Origin: an uncultured Bacilli bacterium | Lineage (GTDB): Bacteria; Bacillota_I; Bacilli_A; RF39; UBA660 | Direction of reading: 5' to 3' | Assembly: GCA_934162265.1 (NCBI GenBank) | Contig: CAKPHZ010000003.1 | Span: forward strand, 2,852 to 66,851 | Length of the DNA: 64,000 nucleotides | Shown: positions 27,793 through 37,293 of the stretch, in pieces | How the letters are laid out: every line of letters starts with the position of its first letter | Position numbering within the stretch: position 1 is the first letter of the stretch | Notes under the pieces: model-generated | What the model was told of the DNA's origin: nothing | The model's database searches: none | The model's input: only the letters and a program-made list of their open reading frames with translations | Translations under genes and position numbers: made by a program

Positions 27793-27820
27793 ACGTTATT
27801 TTGGATGATTACATATGATA
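27793..27820 (+). promoter_or_regulatory. SigK-like (mother-cell late) promoter candidate upstream of the collagen-like gene
   Basis: AC (27793-27794), a 17-nt spacer, then CATATGATA (27812-27820, fitting CATAnnnTA), ~20 nt before the RBS AAAGGAG. A chance match is quite possible in AT-rich DNA. Confidence 0.25.
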
Positions 27821-27840
27821 TGATAGAAAGGAGATTTTAT

Positions 27841-28222
27841 ATGGGTTGTTTTGATAAAGCAATAAAAAAAATTCAGGAAGATAATTGTAAAACTAGATAT
27901 ATTTGTTGTATTGGACCTACTGGGCCTACTGGGCCTGCTGGTGGTGTAATAGGACCTACTGGGCCGACTGGACCTCAAGGAGAAAGAGGCTTGCAAGGTT
28001 TAATTGGACCTACCGGAGCTCAAGGTATTCAAGGTATTCAAGGTGTTCCTGGACCGACTGGAGCAACTGGACCTCAAGGAGTTCAAGGTATCCAAGGTAT
28101 TCAAGGAAATATAGGCCCTACTGGACCGACTGGACCTACCGGACCTACCGGACCGACTGGACCTCAAGGTGAGGCTGGTGCGCAAGGTATTGCTGGAGCA
28201 ATTGGTCCGACTGGACCTACTG
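27841..28222 (+). CDS. BclA-like collagen-repeat protein, 5' segment of a gene split by the serine-recombinase element
   Basis: RBS AAAGGAG plus ATG at 27841. The product [23 protein letters not shown] is followed by GPT/GxY triplets. The collagen frame is lost exactly at 28222 (..[22 protein letters not shown] stop). Confidence 0.75.
28210..28222. repeat. attL core of the serine-recombinase element
   Basis: ACTGGACCTACTG, identical to 39060-39072 and in the same codon phase. Confidence 0.7.
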
Positions 28223-28252
28223 CCCGATGTAATAAATCATCTATATATATTT

Positions 28253-30295
28253 TTAAATGGTAAAGTTCCACATTATTTTAATATCCCTTAAATTTGTTGT
28301 TTCATCATAGTTCCCTATGAGAATTTTATCAATAAAATCTTCAACAATTTCAATAGATAATTCTTTTATATGTCTGTACTTTTTAAAGATATTTTTTTTA
28401 GTTTTTACTGTTTCTTTTGTTGCTAGTGTAGATGATATTTCTTTCTTCACTATTTTTTGTCGTTCTTCTAACTTTTCGTTATCATCTTTATACTTATTCA
28501 TTAATATTAAAAACTCTTTTTCTGGAAGTATCCCATTTGTACGATCTTCATATAGCTTTTGAAAATATGTACTTTTAACTTGTAATTCCTTATTAATACT
28601 TTGTAATTCTTTTTCTAATGAATTTAATTTATCTTTGTATAAATCTTGTTCTATTACTTCGTTTTGCATTTCTTTAAGATCATCTTCTTCATAAAATTTC
28701 TTTAACACTTCATTCATTTTTTCTAATATAAATTGCTGTAGCCCGTCTTCTCTAATAGAAATTTTATTATTACAATTAGACCAGTTTGTCTTTTTATCTT
28801 TACAACATAAATATCCAGTACCGTCAGACCTACGAGAACTTGTTTTAGTAAATCTTTGATTACAATTAGAACAATATACTTTATTACATAGTGGGTGTAC
28901 TGTACCACCTTTGCAACTTCTAGCAGTATTTTCTAATCTTTTTTGAACTGTGTACCATATATCTTTAGCAATGATTGGCTCGTGTGTATTATCCTTTCTA
29001 ATTCTTGTTTCACCATCATTCCATATCACTGTGTGATTTTTGTAGCTAACTGTTGTTGATTTGAATTGTACCATATTACCTATATAAACTTCATCAGTAA
29101 GTAATGTTCTAATAGTAGAACTAGACCACTTAAACTTTTTTCTTATATTATGAATAAAGTCTGATTTTTTTATTTCATCTGCCCCCTTACCACAGATACT
29201 TATATAATAATCAACACGATCTCTGTTTTCTTTTAGAGTAATTTCAAACTGATAATTAATAGTGTGGGTACGATCAAGTTCTTTGGTATATGAAATAATC
29301 ACTTTAGCTGTCTTTGGTAAACAATCATTTTCATTTAATAAAATACAATCATCTATATTAAAGTTATTAATATCAATATTATCATTTTCACTATAATATA
29401 TTTTTGTTCTATTATTAGTGTATTTCTTTAATACAATATCACATTTATTATTAAAGTTTTTCATATCAGTAGTTATGTAATTAAAACTTACTAAATCTTT
29501 TAAGATATATTCTTCTTTATTAGTAAAACTTACATCTAACATATAAGTACCAGTTTTCTCAATATATCCATAATTTACATAATCCTTAATTACTGGTATT
29601 TTTAATTTACTACCATTAAGTAATTTGTATTCATAAGGACTTAATATTTTATCTTCATTTAATCTTCTTGCGATTTTATCAAGTCCAGTTCCTAACAAAT
29701 ACTCATCATAAATTCTTTTAATAACTAAAGAAGATATAGGATCAATTATTAAATGATTTTTATTTTCTGGATCTTTCATATAACCATAAGTCGCAAAACT
29801 TGAAGTAAGTTGACCGTCTTTTCTTTTTGACTTTAATGTTTCACGAATATTTAAAGATGTATCTTCTAAATACCACTCGTCCGTTAATCCTATAATTTGA
29901 CTTGTCTTTTTAGTTTCTTTTCTAGCATTATCAATTCTATCAACTACTGTTATAAATCTTACATTCCATTCGTGAAATAAGTTATGAACGTACTTTTCTA
30001 CAAGTTCCATATCACGAGCAAATCTAGCTTGCGTTTTGCATAAAACAATATCAACATTACCATTTTTACATTCTTCAATCATTCGGTTAAAATCAGGCCT
30101 TGTAGCATCAGATCCAGACCAATCATCATCATTATAAACACCAACAACTTCCCAGCCTTGTTCTTCAGTATAATCCCTTAACATTATTTCTTGATTTTTG
30201 ATACTTTGTGATAATTCTTCTTTTGATAGTTTGTTTTTATCTTCATCTGATAATCTTAAATATAACACCGTTCTAAAAGAATGTTTATTGTTCAT
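28253..30295 (-). CDS. Large serine recombinase (SpoIVCA / phage-integrase type)
   Basis: 680 aa. Has the resolvase N-domain with [10 protein letters not shown] (catalytic Ser), a recombinase domain, a Cys-rich zinc ribbon ([11 protein letters not shown]...CCKDK) and a C-terminal coiled coil. Confidence 0.9.
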   Translation of the reverse strand: MNNKHSFRTVLYLRLSDEDKNKLSKEELSQSIKNQEIMLRDYTEEQGWEVVGVYNDDDWSGSDATRPDFNRMIEECKNGNVDIVLCKTQARFARDMELVEKYVHNLFHEWNVRFITVVDRIDNARKETKKTSQIIGLTDEWYLEDTSLNIRETLKSKRKDGQLTSSFATYGYMKDPENKNHLIIDPISSLVIKRIYDEYLLGTGLDKIARRLNEDKILSPYEYKLLNGSKLKIPVIKDYVNYGYIEKTGTYMLDVSFTNKEEYILKDLVSFNYITTDMKNFNNKCDIVLKKYTNNRTKIYYSENDNIDINNFNIDDCILLNENDCLPKTAKVIISYTKELDRTHTINYQFEITLKENRDRVDYYISICGKGADEIKKSDFIHNIRKKFKWSSSTIRTLLTDEVYIGNMVQFKSTTVSYKNHTVIWNDGETRIRKDNTHEPIIAKDIWYTVQKRLENTARSCKGGTVHPLCNKVYCSNCNQRFTKTSSRRSDGTGYLCCKDKKTNWSNCNNKISIREDGLQQFILEKMNEVLKKFYEEDDLKEMQNEVIEQDLYKDKLNSLEKELQSINKELQVKSTYFQKLYEDRTNGILPEKEFLILMNKYKDDNEKLEERQKIVKKEISSTLATKETVKTKKNIFKKYRHIKELSIEIVEDFIDKILIGNYDETTNLRDIKIMWNFTI

Positions 30296-30471
30296 GATTT
30301 ATTCCCCAGGCGCCTATTTTCGATTCTCTTAATATACTTAAAATATTTTTTGTTAAAAATGATTTTTAAATCTTCTTTAGTAGGGTTTTCTAGACTAGTA
30401 CTAAATTCTTCACTAAATCTAAATTTTATATAATTAATTTTTTTTCTTTCTTTATTCTTTTTTTCTTCCAA
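30292..30471 (-). CDS. Small basic ORF translationally coupled to the recombinase (TTG start)
   Basis: Own translation, 59 aa: (L/M)[58 protein letters not shown]. It is preceded by a G-rich RBS and its stop overlaps the recombinase ATG (ATGA). Confidence 0.3.
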   Translation of the reverse strand: MEEKKNKERKKINYIKFRFSEEFSTSLENPTKEDLKIIFNKKYFKYIKRIENRRLGNKS

Positions 30472-30651
30472 AATTCCCCCCCCTTAATATAAATAAAAAC
30501 TACAATTAATAGTTCCTAATTTAACTTATGAAATAAAATTAAATTTGATAACTAAATTAAAAATAAATATAATGTGCTAATGATTATTATAATGTAAATA
30601 ATATATAAAAGATTATAATTTTATGCTAAAATAATGATGAGGTTGATTACA

Positions 30652-31146
30652 ATGGAAGAAATATTAGTAGATGAAAATGGTTATAAACAATTCTTTGAAG
30701 AATTAAAAAGGCTGGAAGATTTAAGTCGCTCTAATTCAGCACTAGGTAGTGAAGTATATAAAGATGCTGTCGGTGATGGCTGGCACGATAATTTTGCTTT
30801 TGAAGAATCAATGAGGGAAAGCAGAGCGATAGCAAAAAGAATTGACGATTTATTATCAAAAAAGCAATACTTAAAAATCGTTGATGATAAGGATAAAAAG
30901 GAAAATTTAGTTAATATTGGTGATAAGGTTAGTATTAATATAAAATATTCTGATGATGTTATTGAAACAGAAGTAATAACATTAACAGGAAATTATATTC
31001 CCAATACTACTAATGAAATAAATGAAATATCTTTAAACAGTCCATTAGGAAAGGCATTGTTTAAAGCAAAAATTGGGACATCAACATCTTACTTTGTTGG
31101 AAATTCAGAGATATTTATAACTATTTTGGAAAAACTTAACAATTAA
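30652..31146 (+). CDS. GreA/GreB-family protein, paralog 1
   Basis: N-terminal coiled coil with the tip GDGWHDNFAFEESMRE. The C-terminal FKBP-like domain ISLNSPLGKALFKAKIGT parallels GreA ISVNSPIARGLIGK. Confidence 0.65.
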   Translation: MEEILVDENGYKQFFEELKRLEDLSRSNSALGSEVYKDAVGDGWHDNFAFEESMRESRAIAKRIDDLLSKKQYLKIVDDKDKKENLVNIGDKVSINIKYSDDVIETEVITLTGNYIPNTTNEINEISLNSPLGKALFKAKIGTSTSYFVGNSEIFITILEKLNN

Positions 31147-31273
31147 ACATATAAAGTTAATAAATAAAAATAAACTACATAAAGTACATTGAATATACGC
31201 AAAATAGAGCTAAATGCTTGATTTTTGAAAGAATGTGTGTTAACATATATGACAATTTTTGGAAGGTGTATGT

Positions 31274-31807
31274 ATGGAAAATATGGAGCCAATCTATTTA
31301 GACCAAGACGGCTATAATGAATATCTAAAAAAAATTGAAGAGTTGAAAAAAGCAATTCAAGCAAACAATATGGGAAGAAAAGAAGCATTTGATGCTGGGG
31401 CTGGTGATGGCTGGGATTCTCCAGAGTTTGAAGAAATAGAAAGAACCAATATGAGATTAAATGGTGAATTACGTAATATGTACGAATCACTAAATAGAAT
31501 TGTTATCATTGAAAAACATAACGATCAAGAAATAGTTGATATTGGTGATGTTATTGTAGCGGATATGATTTTCTCTCCAGATGATATGGAAGAAATGACA
31601 TTTAAGCTAGTTGGTGCAAGTGGATATTTCAATGCTGAAATTCAAGAAATTTCAATAAATAGCCCATTAGGAAATGCTGTTTATAAAAAGAAAATTGGAG
31701 ATACTTGTTCTTATTCAGTAAATAACAGAAATTTTTCAGTTTTACTAAAACATAAAATGGATTTAACAAAAGAAAATGGTGCCCCAGTAAAAAAATTAAA
31801 AAAATAA
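31274..31807 (+). CDS. GreA/GreB-family protein, paralog 2
   Basis: Tip GDGWDSPEFEEIERT and C-terminal ISINSPLGNAVYKKKIGD. The RBS GGAAGGTG precedes the ATG at 31274. Confidence 0.65.
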   Translation: MENMEPIYLDQDGYNEYLKKIEELKKAIQANNMGRKEAFDAGAGDGWDSPEFEEIERTNMRLNGELRNMYESLNRIVIIEKHNDQEIVDIGDVIVADMIFSPDDMEEMTFKLVGASGYFNAEIQEISINSPLGNAVYKKKIGDTCSYSVNNRNFSVLLKHKMDLTKENGAPVKKLKK

Positions 31808-31826
31808 TTTTTTATTGAGGTGTAAT

Positions 31827-32393
31827 ATGAGTAAAGTTAGCAATACTTTAACAATGTTAAGATTGTTAGAGAGTGGTAAAAAGTATTCAGTGAAAGAGTT
31901 AGCAGAAAAATTGGAAGTTTCGCCAAGAATGATAAAATCATATAAAGAAGAATTAGAAAAATGTGGAATATATATTGATACTATTCTTGGCAGATATGGT
32001 GGTTATGTGTATCATAGAAAACATAATTACAATATATCTTTTGATTATTTAGATGTTGATGCAATAGAAAGTGTTATATATAAATTAGATCTTAAAGAAC
32101 AACAAAAATTAAACATTACACTAGAAAAAATAAGATCAATAGTTATTTATTCAGCAGACGAAAAAAGAAATATTAAAATTGATAAAGAAGATTTGCAGAA
32201 AAAATATAATATTATTTCAAGAGCAATCCAAGAACAAAATATATTAACCTTTAAATTTCACAACAAAAAGAGACGATTTCAACCCTTTTCATTCACATAC
32301 TATAAAGACTTTATTTATATTACTGGTTATTCAATAGATGAAAATGATATTAAAACCCTAAATTTAAGTGGAATTGATGATTTAAAAATGTGA
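31827..32393 (+). CDS. HTH-WYL domain transcriptional regulator
   Basis: N-terminal wHTH LTMLRLLESGKKYSVKELAEKLEVSPRMIKSYKEELEKCGIYI and a C-terminal WYL-like segment ILTFKFHNKKRRFQPFSFTYYKDFIYITGYS. Confidence 0.6.
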   Translation: MSKVSNTLTMLRLLESGKKYSVKELAEKLEVSPRMIKSYKEELEKCGIYIDTILGRYGGYVYHRKHNYNISFDYLDVDAIESVIYKLDLKEQQKLNITLEKIRSIVIYSADEKRNIKIDKEDLQKKYNIISRAIQEQNILTFKFHNKKRRFQPFSFTYYKDFIYITGYSIDENDIKTLNLSGIDDLKM

Positions 32394-32421
32394 TTTTGTA
32401 AAAAAAAGTCACATTTTTTTA
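32384..32421 (+). terminator. Rho-independent terminator after the WYL regulator
   Basis: AAAATGTGA ... TCACATTTT stem followed by a T-run. Confidence 0.45.
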
Positions 32422-32510
32422 ATGGTACGATATATCGCACCTATAACTGTTATAATCTTTCTTGAAAGGAAAGTTCCTCCTATGTTAATTTGCTGGGACA
32501 AGGTAGTAAG

Positions 32511-33188
32511 ATGAATAATTTATTTGTTTCTCTATTATATCTTATAATTTCATTTTCTGCAACTTTGGTGATATATAAAAGATTTGGAAAATTTGGATTA
32601 TATAGTTGGATGTGTTTGTTGGTTGTTATCTGTAATATTCAAACGATTAAACTATCAGAAATATTTGGATTAACAATTTCATTAGGAAATATATCATACG
32701 GAGCTTTGTTTCTTACAACTGATATTATAAGTGAAAAATACGGTAGAAATTCAGCAACAGAAGCAACGAATTTAAGTTTTGTTTTTATGATATTATTTAC
32801 TATTTTAATGTATCTATTTTTGCAATACACACCGTGTAATTCTGATTTTTCACAAAATGCTTTTGAAACAATATTTAGTTTTATTCCACGTATAACATTA
32901 GGAAGTTTAACCGCATATTGTTTTAGTCAACGCTGTGATGCCTACTTATATGAAAAGTTAAAAAAGAAATATAATAAAGTCTGGATAAGTAATAATGTCA
33001 GCACAATAATTAGCCAAGTATTAGATACTACTATATTTGTTTTAATTGCCTTTGTAGGAACAATGAAACTTAATGAAATTATATCTTTAATGATTACTAT
33101 GATAATTTTTAAGTGGATCATAGCAATATTAGATACACCATTTATGATAATAACAACAAAAATAAAAAATAATAAGGATTTGGAGTGA
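32511..33188 (+). CDS. VUT-family (YhhQ/DUF165) transporter, queuosine-precursor (preQ0/preQ1) transporter type
   Basis: About 6 TM. The conserved stretches ISYGALFLTTDIISEKYG, RITLGSLTAYCFSQRCDAYLYEKLK and STIISQVLDTTIFVLIAF are present. An extended -10 TGTTATAAT lies at 32445-32453. Confidence 0.7.
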   Translation: MNNLFVSLLYLIISFSATLVIYKRFGKFGLYSWMCLLVVICNIQTIKLSEIFGLTISLGNISYGALFLTTDIISEKYGRNSATEATNLSFVFMILFTILMYLFLQYTPCNSDFSQNAFETIFSFIPRITLGSLTAYCFSQRCDAYLYEKLKKKYNKVWISNNVSTIISQVLDTTIFVLIAFVGTMKLNEIISLMITMIIFKWIIAILDTPFMIITTKIKNNKDLE

Positions 33189-33194
33189 TTAATT

Positions 33195-33743
33195 ATGAAA
33201 AAATGTTTATTAAATGAAGACCAAAAAACATTAAAGTCAAATAACAAGATCGTAAAATTTGACTACGAGCATTATATTGACGCTTGTAAAGTTATGGCTG
33301 AAGAAATTAAAAAAAATTACAACTTAGATGAAGATAATATCGAATTAATAGGTATGGCTAGAGGTGGTTTACCTATGTTAGTTACATTATCACATTTATT
33401 AGGAATAAGAAAAGTATCAATGATTCAAACACAGATGAGTAATTCAGATAATTGCCACGATTACGGTAAATTTAGATATATGAGTGATAATATAGATAAT
33501 TCTAAAACAAAATGTATATTATTTGAAGACATAATTTATAAAGGAACAACTACGAATGGTGTTATCGATATATTAAAACAAAGAGGAAAAGAAGTTATTG
33601 GTGTATATTCTTTAATAATTGATAAAGGCTTCAAAGAAATTGAAATACCAAATAATGATGTAGATATTAAATATGCTTATGAAATAACAGAAGATGATTG
33701 GGTTTACTTTTTCTGGGAAACAGATTTAAGAGAAATAAAATAA
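33195..33743 (+). CDS. Xanthine-guanine phosphoribosyltransferase (Gpt)-like PRTase
   Basis: LIGMARGGLPMLVTLSHLLGIRKV parallels E. coli Gpt [24 protein letters not shown]. The PRPP loop CILFEDIIYKGTTT and the C-terminal DDWVYFFWE (Gpt DTWIEQPWD) also match. Confidence 0.7.
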   Translation: MKKCLLNEDQKTLKSNNKIVKFDYEHYIDACKVMAEEIKKNYNLDEDNIELIGMARGGLPMLVTLSHLLGIRKVSMIQTQMSNSDNCHDYGKFRYMSDNIDNSKTKCILFEDIIYKGTTTNGVIDILKQRGKEVIGVYSLIIDKGFKEIEIPNNDVDIKYAYEITEDDWVYFFWETDLREIK

Positions 33744-33770
33744 TAATTTAACATTTGGGAGGTGTTTATA

Positions 33771-34382
33771 ATGATTGATACAAGAAATAATCCTATTGTA
33801 ATTTCTGGCCCATCAGGTAGTGGGAAATCGGAACTTATAGAATATATCGAAAAGGAATATCCAACTTTTTTGGAAGCCACTGGAATAACAACTAGAGCTA
33901 AAAGAGAAATTGAAGTTGGAAGAATGTATTTTGTTAGTAAAGCAGAATTTGAAAATTTAATTTCAACAGATGGTTTAATAGAATATTGTATTTATAATAA
34001 TAATTATTATGGAGTACCTAAAAGCGAATTTGAAAAATTGAAAGAATATCATTTAATGTTTAATGTTGGCTATTCATCAGCAAAGGAAATTAAGAAGATG
34101 TATGAAGATACAACTATGATTTATCTTATGCCACCTACAAAAGAAGAATTGCTACGTAGATTAGGAGATCGTGGGGAGGAAAGATATTTACTAGGTATTC
34201 AAGAAACTATGAATTATGCCTTAAAATATGATTTTTTATTGTTATCATTGACTAATGATATGAAAACAACAACAGATGACTTTATGGATATTGTAAATCA
34301 AAAGGAAGAATCAAAACAAAAAAAATTAGTACTAGCTAAAAACAAAGATTTTATAACTAACTTTTATAAAGGAAGGCGCTAA
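33771..34382 (+). CDS. Guanylate kinase family protein
   Basis: P-loop IVISGPSGSGKSEL, GITTRAKREIEVGRMYFVSKAEFE, NNNYYGVP and ..PPTKEELLRRLGDRG. Confidence 0.8.
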   Translation: MIDTRNNPIVISGPSGSGKSELIEYIEKEYPTFLEATGITTRAKREIEVGRMYFVSKAEFENLISTDGLIEYCIYNNNYYGVPKSEFEKLKEYHLMFNVGYSSAKEIKKMYEDTTMIYLMPPTKEELLRRLGDRGEERYLLGIQETMNYALKYDFLLLSLTNDMKTTTDDFMDIVNQKEESKQKKLVLAKNKDFITNFYKGRR

Positions 34383-34384
34383 AA

Positions 34385-35371
34385 ATGATTTATGAATTGA
34401 ATTTAGATGGCAAAATAGAAGTTAGTAAAATTAAAAAGTTTTTAGCAGATAACTCTGATTCCGATTATATGCAAAGTATTGAATGGAATATTATTAGAAA
34501 TGAAAAAACAAAATATTTTATATACTATGTTGAAAATGAAGAAATAATATGGAGTTGTAATTTGCTAGAGAAAGAGAAAAATAATGTTAAATATTTATAT
34601 GCACCACGAGGACCTGTATTAAAAAATTCTAATTTTGATTTAATAAATTTATTCTTAAAAAATATAAAAGAATGGCTATCAATAAAAAAATACACAACAC
34701 TTGTAATTAATCCATATATAAATGAAATAGATTTAAAAAAGATTTCAAGTGAATACAATTATAGGATTACACAAAATAATGATTATAGTAATTTGCTTGA
34801 TTCTTGTAAATTAGCAATTATGGATATAATATTTAATGAAGAAGAACTTATAAAAAAACTACCAAGTAAGTTTAGGCAAAATACAAGAAGATCATATCGT
34901 AAGGAATTAACAAGTAAAATTTCAAAAGAAGTAGATTTAGATAATTTCTACAAACTATATATTCAAACATCAGAAAGACATAAATTCAAGTCACATACTA
35001 TTGAATATTTCAAAAAACTTATATCAACTTATAATGATAACCTAATTTTTTTAGAAGTTTGGTATAACAATATGCCTCTAGCAATGAGTATCGATATTAT
35101 TTATAATAATAAATTAATATATTTATACGGAGTTAGTTCAACTGAAAATAGAAATTTATTAGGAATGTATAATATGCAATGGGAAGCTATTAAGTATTGT
35201 ATTAATAACAAAATACCGAAATATGATTTTGGCGGAGTATTCTGTGAAGAAAATGATATAGAGAATAAGGATTATGGGTTGTATAATTTTAAAAAAGGAT
35301 ATTGTTATAATGGATTTATTGATATTGTTCCAGATATAACTTTTACTTTTGGAGGTAATAAAAATGATTAA
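34385..35371 (+). CDS. FemAB/FemX-family aminoacyl-tRNA-dependent transferase
   Basis: 328 aa. YLYAPRGPV, LPSKFRQNTRRSYRK, ERHKFKSHTIEYFKKL and YDFGGV...GLYNFKKGY are collinear with Weissella FemX. Confidence 0.75.
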   Translation: MIYELNLDGKIEVSKIKKFLADNSDSDYMQSIEWNIIRNEKTKYFIYYVENEEIIWSCNLLEKEKNNVKYLYAPRGPVLKNSNFDLINLFLKNIKEWLSIKKYTTLVINPYINEIDLKKISSEYNYRITQNNDYSNLLDSCKLAIMDIIFNEEELIKKLPSKFRQNTRRSYRKELTSKISKEVDLDNFYKLYIQTSERHKFKSHTIEYFKKLISTYNDNLIFLEVWYNNMPLAMSIDIIYNNKLIYLYGVSSTENRNLLGMYNMQWEAIKYCINNKIPKYDFGGVFCEENDIENKDYGLYNFKKGYCYNGFIDIVPDITFTFGGNKND

Positions 35372-36659
35372 TGTAGTATTTGAAGGATCAACTGGTGCAG
35401 GAAAAACAACAATCATAAAAAAAATAAAAAAGATATACGATAAAAAATATAAAGTCGGAATAACAAATAACATAGATAAAAGTTCACCACTATATAAAGT
35501 TATTAAAGCAATGTTTGATGATAACGCATTAGTATCATTAAAAGAAAATTTTAACACATTAAGATGTGAGACGTTAGTACAAGCAGCAGATTATTTGTTT
35601 TTAAGAGAAAAATTATATAGTGAAAATAATGATATAAATTTATTTGATAGAAATTATTGTTCTGTATATTCGTATCAATCTGTATTATTAGAAAACAATA
35701 TAAATAATTCACAAGAGTTTATGAATAATGTACTCTCTTGTATGAAGTCTGGTGAAAGAAAAATTGATTTACTGATATACTTTGATATAAATTTAAAAAC
35801 ATCTTTAAAACGTTCACAAGAAAGAGATAATAGAAAATTTACAAAGCAAGAAAAAGAAACATTTAAAAAATTTAATGATAAATTAAAAGATTTTATTAGA
35901 TACAATAATAGTGAATATAATCTTTTGGTTATTGAAAACAATGATACAGAAGAAGAAATAATCAACAAAATAACGAAAAAAATTAACGAAATAATAGAAG
36001 ATAAAAAGAAAACAGAAGATGATAAATGGTATGAATTATACAAGATAGATATAGAAGAATTTGATAAACCTGATGATTATATTGAGTATAAACTTAAATA
36101 TAAGAAAAAATTTATTAATAAAGTGATTCAATATGCTAAGAACAAAAAAGTAATTGAAATGGGTTGCGGTACTGGATTAATGGCGGGATATTTACAAAAG
36201 TTAGGATTAGATGTTATTGCACTTGATTTAAGTCAAGCAGTTTTAAATTACGCTTGCGAAATAGCAAAACAATCAAATATTATATCTCCTTGTAAATACG
36301 AACAAGGTGATATACTTAATTTAAAATATAAACCAAATACTTTTGATGTATCATACAGTAATGGTGTTTTAGAACATTTTACTGATGAAGAAATAATTGA
36401 AATTTTAAAGCAACAAATGAATATTTCTAAATATGTTATTTTTGGAATACCAAGCACATATTTTAATATGAATGAAAAAATGCTAGGTAATGAACGTGGA
36501 CTAACATTAAAAGAATGGAAATCTCTTATTAATAAAGCTGGTGGAAAATTAGTAGAACAAACAAGTTTTCACTACTACAAGTTATATAGAAGAATATTTG
36601 AAGTAAAAAAATGGTTAAAACCTAAAGCCTTTTGGTTATTTGTAATAGAAAAAAAGTAA
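35364..36659 (+). CDS. Fusion protein: thymidylate-kinase-like NMP kinase (N) and class I SAM methyltransferase (C)
   Basis: The N-terminus has VVFEGSTGAGKTT ... DRNYCSVYSYQ ... KRSQERDNR. The C-terminus has VIEMGCGTGLMAGYLQKLGLDVIALDLS and ..VSYSNGVLEHF. It overlaps the fem stop. Confidence 0.7.
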   Translation: MINVVFEGSTGAGKTTIIKKIKKIYDKKYKVGITNNIDKSSPLYKVIKAMFDDNALVSLKENFNTLRCETLVQAADYLFLREKLYSENNDINLFDRNYCSVYSYQSVLLENNINNSQEFMNNVLSCMKSGERKIDLLIYFDINLKTSLKRSQERDNRKFTKQEKETFKKFNDKLKDFIRYNNSEYNLLVIENNDTEEEIINKITKKINEIIEDKKKTEDDKWYELYKIDIEEFDKPDDYIEYKLKYKKKFINKVIQYAKNKKVIEMGCGTGLMAGYLQKLGLDVIALDLSQAVLNYACEIAKQSNIISPCKYEQGDILNLKYKPNTFDVSYSNGVLEHFTDEEIIEILKQQMNISKYVIFGIPSTYFNMNEKMLGNERGLTLKEWKSLINKAGGKLVEQTSFHYYKLYRRIFEVKKWLKPKAFWLFVIEKK

Positions 36660-36728
36660 AATTTAAAATGATAAAAACAAAAATTACCAATTACATGATA
36701 TAATTAAAGAAGGAGATGATATATATTT

Positions 36729-37289
36729 ATGAAAAAGATAACTTATGTGACTGGAAATTGGTCTAAAATAATGAGTGCTAAAAACATATTAGAGCCACTA
36801 GGAATTGAAGTTGACAATGTAAAAATGGAAACAACAGAAATTCAAGCTGATACTGTGGAAGAAGTTGCAATGCACTCTGCTAAAGAAGCTAGCGACAAAT
36901 TAAAATGTGCAGTATTAAAAAACGATACAGGATTATATGTAGAAGCATTAGGTGGCTTCCCAGGACCGTATACACATTATGTAGATGAAAGACTTGGTGA
37001 AGACGGATTATTAAAACTTCTTGAGGGAATTGATAATAGAAATGCTTGTTTTATGGAAGCATTTGCATATTGTGAATATGGAAAAGATCCTATTGTATTT
37101 AAATCTATTACCAAAGGAAAAATAGCAAAAGAAAAATCTGGTACGTATGGTTGGAGTTGGGATTTCATTTTCATACCAGACGGTTATGATAAGACAATGG
37201 GAAATTATCCAGATGAAGAAAGATGCCACGTTTGGAATACTGATGCTTATACAGAATTAGCTGATTACTTGAAAAACAAGGAAGATTAA
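36729..37289 (+). CDS. Ham1/ITPA-family non-canonical purine NTP pyrophosphatase
   Basis: ITYVTGNWSK, TEIQ, KNDTGLYVEALGGFPGPYT and GTYGWSWDFIFIP. Confidence 0.75.
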   Translation: MKKITYVTGNWSKIMSAKNILEPLGIEVDNVKMETTEIQADTVEEVAMHSAKEASDKLKCAVLKNDTGLYVEALGGFPGPYTHYVDERLGEDGLLKLLEGIDNRNACFMEAFAYCEYGKDPIVFKSITKGKIAKEKSGTYGWSWDFIFIPDGYDKTMGNYPDEERCHVWNTDAYTELADYLKNKED

Positions 37290-37293
37290 TAAA

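Noticed and set aside
27742-27840. TTG-initiated N-terminal extension ([10 protein letters not shown]...) of the collagen-like ORF in the track.
   Set aside because: A strong RBS (AAAGGAG) sits 8 nt before the ATG at 27841, and the extension is low-complexity AT-rich read-through of the promoter region.
27796-28185. ORF-track entries 27796-27996(-), 27903-28172(+) and 28000-28185(-), rich in Ser/Arg or Trp/Tyr.
   Set aside because: These are alternative-frame or antisense shadows of the GGN-CCN-ACN collagen repeat. Only the GxY frame has an RBS, a start codon and a sensible N-terminus.
31143-31490. Minus-strand 115-aa ORF spanning the spacer between the two GreA-like genes.
   Set aside because: It overlaps the start of GreA-like paralog 2 antisense, has a low-complexity product and has no RBS.
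32422-32510. I looked for a preQ1 riboswitch in the leader of the VUT/YhhQ-type transporter.
   Set aside because: I could not find the short P1 hairpin plus A-rich tail (..CCC..AAAAAACTA-like) of preQ1-I, nor an obvious preQ1-II/III fold. Only a covariance-model scan could settle it, so no feature is called.
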